Source: Phaeosaccion multiseriatum (lineage: Eukaryota > Protista > Ochrophyta, other classes). Taken from it: a stretch of DNA of 64,000 nt. The position numbers were made by a program, and so were the translations under genes. The notes under the pieces are model-generated. The model was not told where the DNA came from. It did not search any database and was given only the letters and a program-made list of their open reading frames with translations. The DNA lies in NCBI GenBank assembly GCA_965112735.1, contig OZ218957.1:1302001-1366000 (forward strand), written 5' to 3'. Shown one piece after another: positions 26,546-51,356 of the stretch (positions are counted from its first letter, which is position 1; each line of letters starts with the position of its first letter).

Positions 26546-28571
26546 TCAGCAGAAGTCCGAGCGGAGAGCAGCGCTGCATGCGTCTGTAGCCGTCTGCGCC
26601 TCTGCGAGAGTCACGTTGACTCCAGCTCCAGCATCCAGGAAGGCAGCAATGCTGCAGCGGGACTGGCAGGTGGCCTCCTCCTCCAGTGCGATATCCATCT
26701 CGCCGTCTTCAAAGTTGGAGGCCAGCAGCTGGCATCCGGTCTGCACATTGGCGTCGTCTTTGAGAGGCGCCCGGACGAAAAACCCATTCACAGCCTCGCT
26801 ACAGGGATTATCATTGAACCCGTGGTGGAGGATGACATCTCTGCCGTTGAAGGGAGTCGTCACGACGACATCATCATGATTCGCCGCCTCGAAGAAAATG
26901 GTGCCCAAACCTTGGTCCGCCTTGAGGTTCGCCTTCTCGAAGGGCTCTCTGCATCGGAAGTTATAGGCTGTCCACAGCTGAAAGAACAGGAACTTGCCGC
27001 GAGTCTCCTCGACAGTGGGCCACTGCCCGTACTGTGCCGCGTCTGATATGGACGCAAATCCCCCCCCCGCCTCCGAAGGATTCCTGCTGCTCTCACTGCT
27101 GAGCAGGGAGGAAGGCAGCACCAATCTCTCTCTTGGGAACACCTCCAGAACTTGCTCTTGCAGGATTTGAAAGGCCTCGATGGCCGCACTCTCGCGCCCG
27201 TATCGGCCGCACACCTAATTGTTCGATGGAATTGCATGTGTAGCCAGCCACACAAGCCAGCGAGACGGGGAAAGACGGGAGCTGTGAGTGTTAAATGGCG
27301 GCGAGCGAGCAGCCATGTGTTTTGACGTGCGTGGTACTTACCGGCATAAAGTCAGCCTTCTGCTTCATTTCAAGGGCGAGAAACACGACGTGGTGGCCTG
27401 GGTTCTCGTCGCTCCACCTGTGAGTGAGTCAATCGAATGGAATGAGTATGAGTCGCTCGACATCATCGTCAGTCCCTTGCGCTGAGGACAGTCAACAAGT
27501 CAAGACGAGACGGAACGAGATGTTTGAATGAATGCGCTCCTCCCTCACCTGCGCAGCAGGAACAGACAGTCTCGCAAAGAGTCGCACGAGCTTCGATCGT
27601 CCACGAAGGGGAGGTGATACACGAAGAAGGACTTCTCGCGGCGAGAGTACTGAGGGTGCGGAGCGTGTGGGGAAGGAGGGGGGGGCAGGAGTGGGTGGTA
27701 CTGCCGTTAGTCTAACGCCGGTTCTTTTAGGGGAAGAGTGTAACCTCTCTCGTTGTTGACTCACATGAATGTCCAGCTCAAAGTACCGCAGGCCGAGCTC
27801 CAGTTGATCCGTCAAAGGAGGGTTCTCATAGGCCCAGTCGCTTATCAGGTTACCCCCGAGTGGACTCCGCTGGTGGTAGCTGTTGCAAAGCAGGCAGAAG
27901 CGATTTGAGAAGCCACTCTCCCACGAAAGTCCATCTCAAGGTACTCACTCACCTGTTGTGACTGCCCACCACCTGCAGTTCGTTGATACGAAGCGGTCTG
28001 CCACTGCGAGTGGTGCGAACAAAGGAGCAACAGGACGTCAGCAAGTGGCAAGGTTTGGTGCGTATCGCAGCGGACAACGGAGTGGGAGCTGGTGCGGGGT
28101 ACCACCACGGTGGACATCCTCTCTCTCTCTCTCTCTCGTACCTGACCGAGCCGGCAACCTCAATCGCCGTACTTCTCCCCGCCAAGTCCTTCAGATCGTA
28201 TTTATTCGCCGTGCGTATGGGGTACTGTGGTTCCCAATTGAGAAAGCAGGAAGGCAGAGTAGGAGGGTCGAGAATCAGTGAGCACTGTCTACTAGTTATG
28301 CCCCGTCACTCGGGTTGCCACTCACCGCCGCCCACAGAGCGAAAATGAAGAGGAACGCCGTGAGCAGAAAGACTGAAGCACAGGTGCAGCACCGTCCGGT
28401 GGTGGAAGAGAGGAAGCTGAAGCTCCGGCGATCAGCATCCTTCTTGCTCCACCCCTCAATCTCGCCCTTCTCCTTCTGCGGAGCCACGTCGCTCCGCTTA
28501 TTCGTCTTCTGCCTCATCGCCAAAGCCCAAGCCGTCGCTACAGGAGATACCACGGATGGCCCCATCCCCAT
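26546..28571 (-). CDS. Ca2+-dependent phosphoinositide phospholipase C-like phosphodiesterase (bacterial PI-PLC-C1 type) with N-terminal membrane anchor
   Basis: Spliced motifs LRINELQVVGSHN, YENPPLTDQLELGLRYFELDIH, VYHLPFVDDRSSCDSLRDCL, WSDENPGHHVVFLALEMK, WPTVEETRGKFLF. TM segment SVFLLTAFLFIFALW. Start uncertain. Confidence 0.7.
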
Positions 28572-29118
28572 CCCGTCAGATCTGTGATCGTAGGCAGCGC
28601 CCACCAAGAGAAAAGAGGGGATTATGAGGGGAGGGAAGGAGGTTGGAATTGTTGCTGTACTTGTTCTCTACCCTCTAGGGCCACATCACTCCAAATTCTG
28701 GATGTGTCCCGCCAGCCCCCCCCACCTCCCGCACCCATGGCCCCTCTGCCTTGCCCACTCACGTCAGCGACTCCGGGTCTGTGTCCGAGTCTGTCTCGCA
28801 GTCAATGACATCGGTAGCTAAGGAAAAAGAGTTCTGCATCGTGTCTCTCCGGACGTCCGCTCTTTCAGTTTCACTACTGCCAAAGCCTACACAACCCTCC
28901 TGTCGGACCTTCACGTTTTGCACACCATCCATTGTCCCTTTCATCATACACACTACTACTCTCGCTTCATTCTCCCTTGTAGAGCATTTTTCTATTTATT
29001 TTTGTTTACGTTTTGATGCTGCTGCTCAACTTGACATGTTGTGCCGAACCCACGCCTAAGCAATTTCATTGACTTCCCATTTTTTTTTTGCAATGCCGGG
29101 ACACAAGCCGTGACGGCG

Positions 29119-31331
29119 ATGCGTAAACGCAGCACCGAAAGTAGAGGCGGCAGCACCAGTGACGCCTTACGAGACACGCCGCTTCCTCTGAAGACGTTGC
29201 TACTTCTCACAAACGTCGACAGGGAGGGCAACCCCTTCTTCAGTCAGGCCCTTTCTCACGGACACACCTTTGTCAAGGCCCTGGCGTTGCCCGCCAAGTG
29301 TGTGGCGTGCCACCAGACAATCTGGACGACGATCAGGTACTTGGTGCTTGCTATGGTGGTTGTCCTCACCCAACCCCCCCCTGCCCGATTCCACACACCC
29401 CCCCCCTCTCACTGGCAGCAAGGAGGTGTCCTCTCACCCAACACCCTCCTGCTTTTCCGCTCACCACACCCACTGGAACCTGCAGCAACTGCTGTTGCTG
29501 CAAGTCCTGCGGCTCGTACGTGCACAGGGAATGCTGCAACTTGGAGGGCATTCAGGCTTGTCCATCCGCGCAGCAGGCAGCCTTTGTGGCACATGCTGAG
29601 TCGACCCTTGGCGTCAGGCGGGTGCAGCTTCCGGGGGATAGTAGTGTGGCTGCGGCCGGGGGGTGGGACCGCGAGCAATATGAGGATGAGCCCTCCTTTG
29701 TCCGGAGCGATGATGACAATGGTGATGATGGTGATGGTGATGATGCTGAATCAGCGGCGGGGGCAGCAACAGCAGCAGCAGCAGCAGCAGCAGTCGAAGC
29801 CCCCCCCGAGTCGACTCTGGTTCGGCAGAGCGACGAGCAGGCGGAGCGGCGGAAACGCCAACTCAAGACGCTGGGGGGGCTGACGGTTGCGGGAGGCGTG
29901 GTAGGAGGCGCGCTTGCGGGGCCTCTCGGAGTGTACATGGGTATGAAGCTGGGAGTAGTGGTGGGGGCGGGGGAGGCCATGGGGACAAACCTTTGGAGGA
30001 AGCTGCAGCAGCAGGAGAAGGAGGGAGGGGAGGTGGCCATACTGCCTGCTCGTTCGTTGGCCGCTGACACGACACGGGAGAAGGATGTGTGGGACGAGGT
30101 GTACGAACGAGTGATGGAGGGAAAGTTGCGCAAGGAGAAGGAGGGGAGGAAGGAAGATGATGATGATGATGATGAGGAGGAGGAGGTACAAGGAGAGGAA
30201 GAAGACGACCACCCCCAAGACCAAGAAGGGGATTTGGATGCTGTGCTGCGACAAGAGGGTGTCACAGAGCTCAGCAAAGAGCTCATGGCCGAGTTTTTCA
30301 AGCGCCATGGGCCTGGGCCTGCCGCAGAGAAGCCTCCCGAGGAGCTCGAGGAAGGCTACGTGGGGCTGGAGGCGGGACTGGACCTGGAGCCCTGTCTTCC
30401 ACCTCCTCCTTCGCCCTCTGCTGCTTCGGGCGGCGTCGAGGCTGACGCTAGTAGCAGCAAGGGTGCTGCTGCTGCTGCTGCTGGCGAGAAGCGAGGGGAT
30501 AGCTGGGTAGACGTACAAGAGAACGACAACCCCCTCCATGACGCGGCAAGGTGCTGCCAAGTGCTGCTCCGCGAAGTGAGGCAGCGGTACAAGTGCCAGG
30601 ACTCTGAGCAGGAGCAGTTGGTGATACAGCAGCAGCAGCAGCGACAGCAGCAGGCCGGGGGGACAGGAGGGGCAGGAGGGTTTTTGGCGTCTCGAATGGC
30701 GGTGGAGGAGGCCATGTTCTCTCGGGAAGACGGACGCCTTTACAAGTGTGTCTACAGCCACCTCGTGCGCAAGAACGCGGACAGGGACAGGAAGCTCCTG
30801 TGCTGCGACCTCAAGCTTCTCTGCGGGGACCTGGGAGACGAGGAGGACGATAAGAAGAGCGAGAGCAAGAGCAGCGAGGCCGTGTACGCCGCGCTGCAGA
30901 GCATGGTGGAGGGGCGGACGGCGTGGGGCAAGCTTCAGTGCCTGGTCAACGCCTTAGAGCACACTGTCGCCGGCCTCGAGGCGGAGGCAGCAGCACAGAC
31001 GCGGCAGATAAGGTCGGAGGGACAGGAGGAGGGGGAGGAGGGGCAGCAGCAGCAGCAGGGAGCGAACACTTCTGCTGACGCGCTGCTGGTCCAACTCTGC
31101 CGCCACCTCAAGTGCTTCGCCCAGAGAGGTCTCCAGGAGGGAGGTCAGGGAGAGGAGCGAGAGAAGACAGAGGTGTCTCTACACGCGGAAGCTGCGCTCA
31201 TCGCGGCTTTTGTCGGCGGAGAGGAGTGCGTGGGGCTTAAGGGCAGAGAGGGATATGCGCAGATCACGTTTGAGGCCTGCCTCCACATTATGCTGTTGCA
31301 GGCGGAGAGTGTGGTGCTGCTCACACCGTGA
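29119..31331 (+). CDS. C1 (DAG/phorbol-ester-type zinc finger) plus VPS9-like (Rab5 GEF) domain protein
   Basis: C1: HTFVK...CVACHQTIW...CKSCGSYVHRECC. Gly-rich hydrophobic segment GGVVGGALAGPLGVYMG. VPS9-like KLQCLVNA, SADALL, GREGYAQITFEACL. Confidence 0.65.
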
Positions 31332-31550
31332 GCAGCAGTGTAGGTATGTATATACGCATGTACGTAACGACCAGTGCCACAAAAGCACAATGAAAATAAT
31401 CCTGTTTTATGTACATGTCTTGCAAGTCATCAGGAGAAGATGGGTTGTCGGCTTGCTCCGTCACTTCAACAAGCCGATGGATCCCTTGGTCTCTGTTGGC
31501 TGCCCCCCTCAAGTCTCAGACCCTCCCATTGGCCTCTGCTGGCAGCTCAC

Positions 31551-32765
31551 TCAATATCCAGAACCTTTACTCTCCTCCACCCCCTCCTCGTCCCTCTCCT
31601 TGTCCAGCTGCTGCTGCTTCTTCTCCCTGTCCTGCCGGAACACCTCCATGATGCGCTTCTTCTCCTCCTCCTCCGCCGTACCCTTGCGTTTCTTGGACAG
31701 CTCCTTCAGCAGGCGGAGCTCTTCGGCAGCGTCCTTCTCCTCGTTCCGCCGGGCCAGGTTCTGCAGGTAGATGTGTGTTGAGAAAAGATACGGAGGAGGA
31801 GGAGGAGGAGGAGGAGGTGAGCAAGTAGTGTGTCTGCGTGTTGTCTGTGCGTTGCGTTGGCTGCGTGATGTCTTTTCGCTCTCGCTCTGACTCACTCACT
31901 CACGCACTCTCTCACGCACCCCTCACTCACCATCTGCTTCACGGCCGTCTTGGTCTTTACCACTGCCATCTGCGTCTTCTTCCCCAGCCCAAGGCTCTGC
32001 AGCGTCTCCTCCATGTTTTCTTGCCCTCCGTCCCCCCCAATCACCACGTTCTTGCCTACGAGCTTGAACTGCTCTGCCTCTCCGTCCGCCGTACACATGT
32101 GCACAAACTTCATGAGGTCGCCGCCCTTCTCCGCCAAGCTGAAGCCCCCCTCCAGCGTGTGCTCGCTGGAGAGCGTGATGCGGATGACACAGTCTGCACA
32201 CGGCTGGCCTGAGGGAAGCAGAAGCAAATGGTGTGGAGAGGGGAAATTGAGTGTCCTTGTCAAAAAGGCCGCTGTGATGACGACTATCGCCCCCTACCTT
32301 TAGTGCTGTTGGGCCCGATCGTGCTCGATATCAGATTCCTGAGCCACTCGCGAGCCTGTGATCGGATTTGAAACGGGGGGGGGGCGAAGTGAGTTCCGCG
32401 TTCCCTCGGCTCCCGCTTCACTGCGAGTGCTTCCATCAATTAAAACGCACCTGACGCAAGTGGCCCACCTCCGCCTTGTCCAGGAAGTACTCGCTCTCTC
32501 CGTGGGCCTGAATGAGCTCGAATCCCAGGAGATGAAGCATCTCTCTGCCGCCTTTGACCGCGAGCAGCTTCTCGCTAACAAATTGGTTCGCCGCTCGGAG
32601 TTGACGAAACTTCACCGCGTGCGGGTCTTTCGTGATGTTGTCAATCACCTTGTCCATAGTCTTCCCGAACACCTGCAGCGCTTCCGGGGAATTGCAGGGG
32701 AGGTGGCGAGTCACCCTGTTCAAGAGTCTCGACCGCTTGTCGTTGATCTCGGCCTGCAGAGCCAT
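31551..32765 (-). CDS. PUB-domain protein with UBX/ubiquitin-like region (p97/Cdc48 cofactor, UBXN6-like)
   Basis: PUB signature TMDKVIDNITKDPHAVKFRQLRAANQFVSEKLLAVKGGREMLHLLGF. Later exon IRITLSSEHTLEGGFS...ETLQSLGL is UBX-like. Coiled-coil tail. Confidence 0.7.
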
Positions 32766-33048
32766 GCTCCCCCCCTTGATATCCCCCCTTAAGTGTCTCC
32801 GCTATTGTAAGGTGGTGTTCGTAGACGCTGGTGTGATTGCGTTTGTGTAATCTTTTTTTTTTGCGTCCTTCCGTCCTTGTTGCGGTCGCTCGTTGTTTTA
32901 TGTTTTCGCGCTGCGAAGCACCAACTCCTCCCCCACAATCCCAAACTCTGAGCTTCTCCGTCGGACGTCGGAGCTTGAAGCGCTTCTCCCTCTCCTTGGG
33001 CAAGGTAATGTCTTCTCTGCGAGTATCCTCGTAGCACTTGGAAGTGGG

Positions 33049-44819
<11,771 letters not shown>

Positions 44820-45450
44820 ACACCGCTCCTATTAGGAAGCTCCTGCGGCCTCACTCAGTGCATGACCACTTACATAATACCCGAGAGAGAGAAGTGAGTT
44901 GAGTGAGGACGTTCTTTGAGACTCGATCCTTCTCAAGCTGCCGCTCTAGTGATAGCGGGAGGGACAACAAATGGTATCAAATATAACATGTACGCTTATG
45001 TGATTCTCGTGCCTCCAAATCCACTTTTCGATGAGCAAATGCACCCCGCTCGAAGCCGGAGTCGCTCGCCTCGGAAAGGCCTCTCCTCTCCTCTCCTCTC
45101 CTCTCCTCTCTTCTGTCGGAGCCTTTGGGAGCTGTGGCGCTGTACGGGTGACCCCAGAGGGGCTCGGGGAGCAAGAGCCTTAACCCGGTCTCGCTCTCCT
45201 ACCTCCTCGTACCTTGGCCTTACTCTTGCTTGGGTAATCAATTGGGTACTACCAACCACTGACTCGTGATGGCATGCTCAGAAAATCCCAGAGTTTGGCG
45301 GACGAAGTGGCGCCTCCTCAACCCTGCGATTCCAAACATTTGGGGGGCCGTGTCTCAGGCTGGAGGCTCGAGCCTGGCCTTGCTACCCTCTGCCCGAGAG
45401 ACGACCGCCGACCTTCGCGCAGACCGGGCCGCTTCGCCTGACTCCAGTGG

Positions 45451-46648
45451 CTATTCCGTCCCGACTCTCGTTGCGCCGGGCGAGATGAGGAGAGAGGAGC
45501 GGCGCAGGTCGAGGCGGCACTGCTCTGCTCGCGGCGGCCGCTGCTGCCGTCCATCCACTCTTTTCGAACGTCCGAAAGCAGAAAAAGCAAGCCCCGACTT
45601 CTTCTCCATCCCGCGCGTAGCAAAGTGTTGTATGGAGATGGACTGATGCTGGCCCAGTCGCCATAGCCCCTGGATCTGGGAGCTTGGGTCTTTGGCCGCC
45701 GCTCCTCCTTTGTTCAACCCCATCGCTTCCCCTCCCCCTCCGACGCGTCGGACCCGCTGGGCGATTTGGGCATACTCTCTCTCCTCGGCGATACCCCGGG
45801 CCCTCTTCCTTTCGTCTTCACGCAGAGCGAGTAGGCGTCGTTCCACTCGTCGCCGCTGTCGTAGTCGGACAAGTACTCAGTCTGACGACAGAGCTCTCCG
45901 TGATTGCAGTAAATCTCAGCGAACTTGCGACCCTCGGCGTTGAACAATACGCCGTCACCATGCTCGCGCCCCCGCTCAAAGCCTCCTTCATAGGCAGTGC
46001 CGTCTGCCCACTCTATCTTTCCCTTTCCGTGGGGACACCCGTTTTCGAATTCCCCCTCATAACTCCCCCCGTGCCTCGTGGTCATGGTTCCATAGCCTGA
46101 CTTGCGATCCTCCCTCCAGGTCCCAATGTACTTGACCCCGTCCATCGACGTCTCCTCACCTCTCCCGTGCCGCTGCCCCTCGTAAAATTCCCCATCGTAT
46201 TGAGCGCTGCAGGAACGACGACAAGCAAGGAAGGGGCCGAGTGTAAGAGAGGGCAAGGGTTAAGGAAGTGAGGAGAACCCCCTCGCTCACCTGTGGAGAG
46301 ACCTTATGGCTCCGACTCCGTGCCACTGCCCGTTCTTCCACAGCCCGTAGTAAACGCTCCCGTTTGGATAGAAGGCCGCGCCTTTGTCATGCCTTTCCCC
46401 ATCCAAAATGCTCCCATAGTACCATTCTTCGCACCCGTCAGGATGATGGGCGCAGCGTAGAAGCCAGCGCATGATCATGACCTGCACCTTCGGCTCCACC
46501 TCCAGTTCTTCAGCCTGAAAGAGGGCGGGGTTTCAACGAACACGTTCAGGGTCAGGCACTGTAAACCAGAACAACAACAAGAAAAAGAGGGGGGGAGAAG
46601 TCGTACCACCTCTCTTACCAGAATGTTCGTAGAGACTCCGCTACCCAT
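45451..46648 (-). CDS. MORN-repeat protein, possibly N-myristoylated, with an apparent frameshift near 45846
   Basis: Start MGSGVS. MORN repeats YYGSILDGERHDKG, YYGLWKNGQWHGVG, YDGEFYEGQRHGRG, YEGEFENGCPHGKG. The motif-bearing frame stops at 45714, while a coiled-coil-like frame continues to 45451. Confidence 0.7.
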
Positions 46649-46828
46649 GGTTCACTTTCAACGCGTCCTCGCTAAAGGCCGACCGCAGCAGCTCGCAGCC
46701 AAGCCGTCAGGCGGCTGGCGAGCAATAAACAAACCTAACTCCACTGCTGGCGTTTCAAACGCCCAACTGTCGACGAATGAACAACACGTGTAGATGGCAC
46801 GCTGATCGGTCGCTTCACCGAAAAAAAG

Positions 46829-48602
46829 ATGGAGCTGCTGCCGTCGCGGCGGTTCGCAGAGGGGCTTCTTCTCGCCGTGATCCTCTTTCACGTGGTGCTG
46901 AGCCCTTACGCAAAGGTGGAGGAGAGCTTCAACTTGCAGGCTATCCACGACTTGCTCTTCTTCTTCCCTCCCACCCCTGCCAACATCGCTGCCAACTTTG
47001 ATCACCTCGAGTTCCCTGGTGTGGTGCCTCGGACCTTTGTGGGTCCCATTGCCGTGGCTGTACTGACTGCTCCTTTCCGCCTCCTCACCCTACTCCTGGA
47101 GGACTCTGGCTGGTGCTGGTCAAAGGCATGGTTTCAGGTGAGAGAAGCCCCCTCCCCTGAGTCCTGGCGGCCCCTCTTTTTGTCCAACCCAGCCCACACC
47201 GCCTTGCTCCATTTCCCCACCACGGCAGATCGGATGCCGATGCGTGCTGGGAACGTGCAGCTGGGTGGGGATGAGGAGCTTTCTCGACGGGGTGTCCTTT
47301 CAGTTTGGAGCGGATGCCGCTGCTGCCACGGCTCTGGTCACCGCCTCGCAGTTTCACCTCCCTTTCTACCTGTCGCGCACGTTGCCCAACACGTTCGCCC
47401 TCGTGCTGGTGCTGGTGGGTCTTGGCAGGTGGCTCAAGGGCCGCGTGGATTCGGCCCTGGCTCTCCTGACACTGGCCACAGTTGTGTTCCGCTGCGACGT
47501 GCTGGTTCTGCTGGGGCCGCTGGTGCTGCAGCTTCTCCTGACGCGTCGCGTGGGTCTGTGGCACTGCGCTTGGACGGGTATCAGTGCGGGGCTGCTGGGC
47601 CTTGTCATCTGCGTGCCTATTGATACGTACTTTTGGCAGCAGCTCCAGCGCCGGGGTACCCTTCTGTGGGCAGAGGGCTCCGTGCTGCTCTTCAACACTG
47701 TGGAGAATCACAGCAGCGAGTGGGGCACGTCGCCGCCAACGTGGTACCTCACCTCAGCCCTTCCGCGGGCCCTGTCGCTGACATTGCCACTCGTGCCGCT
47801 GGGGTTGCTTGGACCTCCCCCTGCTGCTGCGGCTGGCCCGGGCAGAGACAAGCGGCTGGTGGACGTGCGGTTGCTGAGCTTTGTGCTCCCAGCGCTCGCC
47901 ATGGTGCTGCTCTACAGCGCCCTGCCGCACAAGGAGCTGCGCTTCATCTTTCCTGCCCTGCCTCTGCTCAACCTGGCCGCAGGAGTGGCGCTGGCCAAGG
48001 CAGTGAGGGCGGCAGGCACCGTCGGCAGCGCGAAAAAGGACGGGGACGACGAAAGAACATGGGGCAACCTTCTTCCGAAGCGCGTGGTATTAGTGTCTAT
48101 ATACGGTTGCCTGGCGGGCACGTGCGCCACATCCACACTGTTCAGCATTGCCAGCTCCTGGAACTATCCAGGTGGAGTCGCTCTGTCCAGGCTACACACC
48201 CTTGTCGAACGGCAGCAGCAGCAGCAGCAGCAGCAGCGAGAGGTGCAAGAGGGAGCGGGGCTCCGGCGGCCCCCGGTCGTGCACATCGACGTGCCCGCAG
48301 CCATGTCCGGCGTGTCTCGCTTCGGGCAACTCTTCTTGGGGCAGCATGCCACCCCCCTCTTGGAGTACTCCAAGCGAGAAGATGTACAGTCTTACGAAGA
48401 ATTCGACTGGCTCATCACAGCCGAACCGTACGCCAGTGGCAAGAGCTTGGCCCACTTCTCCGTGGTGGAGGAGGTCCAGGGGTTTGGAGGGATAGAGCTG
48501 CTGCCAAGTGAGAAGCGCCTCAGACTCCGCCTCGAGCCGCAAATGTACATCATGAGCAACAAGAAGAATACGGCCGAGACTGAGACCAAGACCGAGGAAT
48601 AA
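46829..48602 (+). CDS. ALG12: Dol-P-Man alpha-1,6-mannosyltransferase
   Basis: PYAKVEESFNLQAIHD, FDHLEFPGVVPRTF, QFHLPFYLSRTLPNTFAL, ENHSSEWG, LPHKELRFIFP, NYPGG, MSGVSRFGQ. One intron 47138..47228. Confidence 0.93.
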
Positions 48603-48639
48603 ATACCGAGGAATGAATACCGAAGCATACCCTGCTTTC

Positions 48640-51232
48640 CTAGTCCATCCACTCTTTGCCGGTGATGTTCTGCGAGGGAGGGAGGGAGGGAGAGGAGCCA
48701 CAGTGGAGAGGACGTTAGGTGAGGTCTGCGAATGCATGAGTGGCAGAGCAAGCAGGGCAAGAACCCCCCCCCCCCCTCCACACCACAGCACAACAAGAAG
48801 AAAAAACCCCTCCTCCTAAACATGTTTGCACCACACCAAATGCACCACACCCCTACCAACCAACCTGCTTGAGGCCTCCAAACAGAGACTTGTAGTCCCG
48901 CTTCTCGTCGCTGCCGGCCCATTGCTCGCTGAAGGGCACGGTGGACTTGACTTCCAGGGTCAAGTTGGCTGCCTCTGGCGTCAAGAGCGCGCCCACAACA
49001 AGCTCAGCCACGTCATCCCGAGGCACTTTGCCCTTCACCTCGTCCCCCTGGGCCAGCTCCAGAGGGGCTCCCCTGGGCTCCTCCGTCAAGGCACACGGTC
49101 GGATAATCGTGTAGGGGATGCCAGACTCCCTGATTACATCTTCTCCCTTGAGTTTATAGGTTAACAGCCCCCCGAGTTGGTCGTTCATGCGAACAGCAGG
49201 AGGCTCCTGAAGGGGGTTTAGGATTTTGGAAGGATCAGTATGGAACACCATTCTACAAGTGAGAAGAAGAAACAAGAGGAGAGACGCGAAAACACAGTAC
49301 ACTAATCTCCCTCGTGCAAGCAGGCCTCACCTTGTCGACGTCCAAGCCTGGCCTACCCGGGCGCGTAACTCCACCGCTGCTGATATGCACGAAGCGCGGC
49401 ACTGCTGGTGGTGGTGATGGGGGGGGGGGTCGAGTTTAGAGGGCAGCCAAACGAGACGTGTGCCTGGGGGAGGCGAGCTTAGCTAACGTACCTGCCGCTG
49501 TTGTCGTGGCCTTGATGGAGCTGAGCACGAGGCTAAACTCACCAGCCTCAAAGCTGTCGTTGAGCTTCCCGTCCCACTCGAACTTACTCAGCATGAGCTG
49601 GAAGCTTTGGGTGGACATGGGAAACGGTGGATGAAGCTGAGAGACCGGCAGGCGAGAAGGTAGGTGTACATACATACACAATGCATGTACGGTAGTCTCG
49701 TCCCGAGGACGGGCAGAAAGGCCACCCTTACCTGTACACGCTGGAGGTGCTCATGGGTGCGGCATTCTCCACTGTCTTTGCGCGAAATATTGGGCGAAAC
49801 TCCGACCACGGAATGAACACATCTCGCCATTGTCCTTCCTGGAGGATTCGCAGCAGAGGATGATGGAAGGCTAAATAAAAGCGGGCGAGGGAAGTATGGG
49901 ATGAGCCCGATTCTCCCGTACCGTACCTCCGTGGGGAAGGATTTGACCCAGCTCGGGCGGTCCCATCCTGGGGCATCGTACACTATGAACTTATAACTAT
50001 TGCCGTCCCCCTTGACTCGCAGTGTCAGTCCTTCGTAAGAAGACAGGTCCAGCAAAGGCTGCGGAGGGAGGGGGAGGGGCACACGAACACACACACACAC
50101 ACACACGCAATCCCACATGTCAGAGAGCGCCAAGCGCAAGACAGAACCACGTAAGTACGTACGTTGAAATTCTTCGTCCTCACGGAAGCGAACCCGCCGC
50201 TGTTGGCCGTCGTCACCTTCCCGCTGAACACTGCGGCGGGGGAATTCTCCTCCTCTCCCGCCTTGAGCGTCAGGCTCAGTGAACTCTCGCTCGCGCCGCC
50301 CATTACCACGTCGTCTAGACACCCCCACTGGCTCCAGCGCTTCTGAAAGGCGGGGGCGCAGCTGAAGATAACCTTGCCCTTGACGTCGGAAAACTTATCC
50401 ACGGCAGACACCACGTGCTCAATGCCCTTGTACTCGACCTCTTCCGGGATATCCAGCACTTCCGGTTCAAAGAACTGTGGGGGGGAGGAGGAGCAACGCA
50501 AATTGAGCGAGCAATGGTTGAGAAAGGACTCGCCAGCTTTCCCTTTTCGTGCCCTCCTACCTTAATGCCTTGGTAGTACTTGGCCCTGTCCGGACCATCC
50601 CCTTCCTTGGGTTGCACAATGGCGCTCGTGCAGCTTGCCACAGCCACCACGTCGGTGAAAATAGAGGGTCGGAGAGAGATTGGGTCTTTCACGTCCGCAA
50701 CAACCATCTCCAGTCCGTCGTTGTTCTCCGGGGAAAGCATCGCCAGGCCCTTGCTCTTGTTCCTCACCAGCGCTCTCACCCGCACCCCCCTCTTGAGGAG
50801 AAGATCCACAACCCTCTTTCCAACCCCCCCAGTTGCTCCCGTGACCAGCACCACCCCTCCGATTGGAGAGTTCGCATCCCCTTCGAGCTTTCGATCCTTC
50901 CCTCGAACCCTGCGGATTGCCCTCCGTAGAGATGGGGGCTTGGGAGCCTGCTTTGGAAAACGAGGGGAAACTCGTCAAGCTTTGTCCTTATTCTTTCCTT
51001 TCAGCACCACGCTGGCTGTACGCACATTGAAGAAGGCGATGGTGCGCACAAACCGTCCCAGCTTCCAAGGCTCCCTCTCATTGCCCCCCTTGTCATTCGC
51101 TGACAGCGCCACCCGACCCAGTGTCCTCTTGGTAAATACAGGGGAAGCGGGCTGGAGAAAGGCCGTGACACTGGCATGCAAAACTAGCAGAGCGGCGATG
51201 GGCAGCAGCACTGATCGCACTGAAGAACGCAT
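48640..51232 (-). CDS. Plastid-targeted NAD(P)-binding Rossmann plus CIA30 domain protein (HCF173/At4g18810-like)
   Basis: Signal peptide ending VTAF. PWKLGRFVRTIAFFN, VLVTGATGGVG, WGCLDDVVMGGAS, NSGGFASVR, LMLSKFEWDGKLN, YKLKGEDVIRESGIPYTIIRPCALTEE. Final exon NITGKEWMD*. Confidence 0.85.
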
Positions 51233-51356
51233 GGCGTTATATCGACAAGTGCGTGGTCCCGTCCAGGTGCACCCGTTGGTTCTCCAGAACATCCTCGCTG
51301 CCACCGCTTGGGTCCGCATCACCCTCCCTCGCTCCGCACTGCCACTTGCCTGGGAA

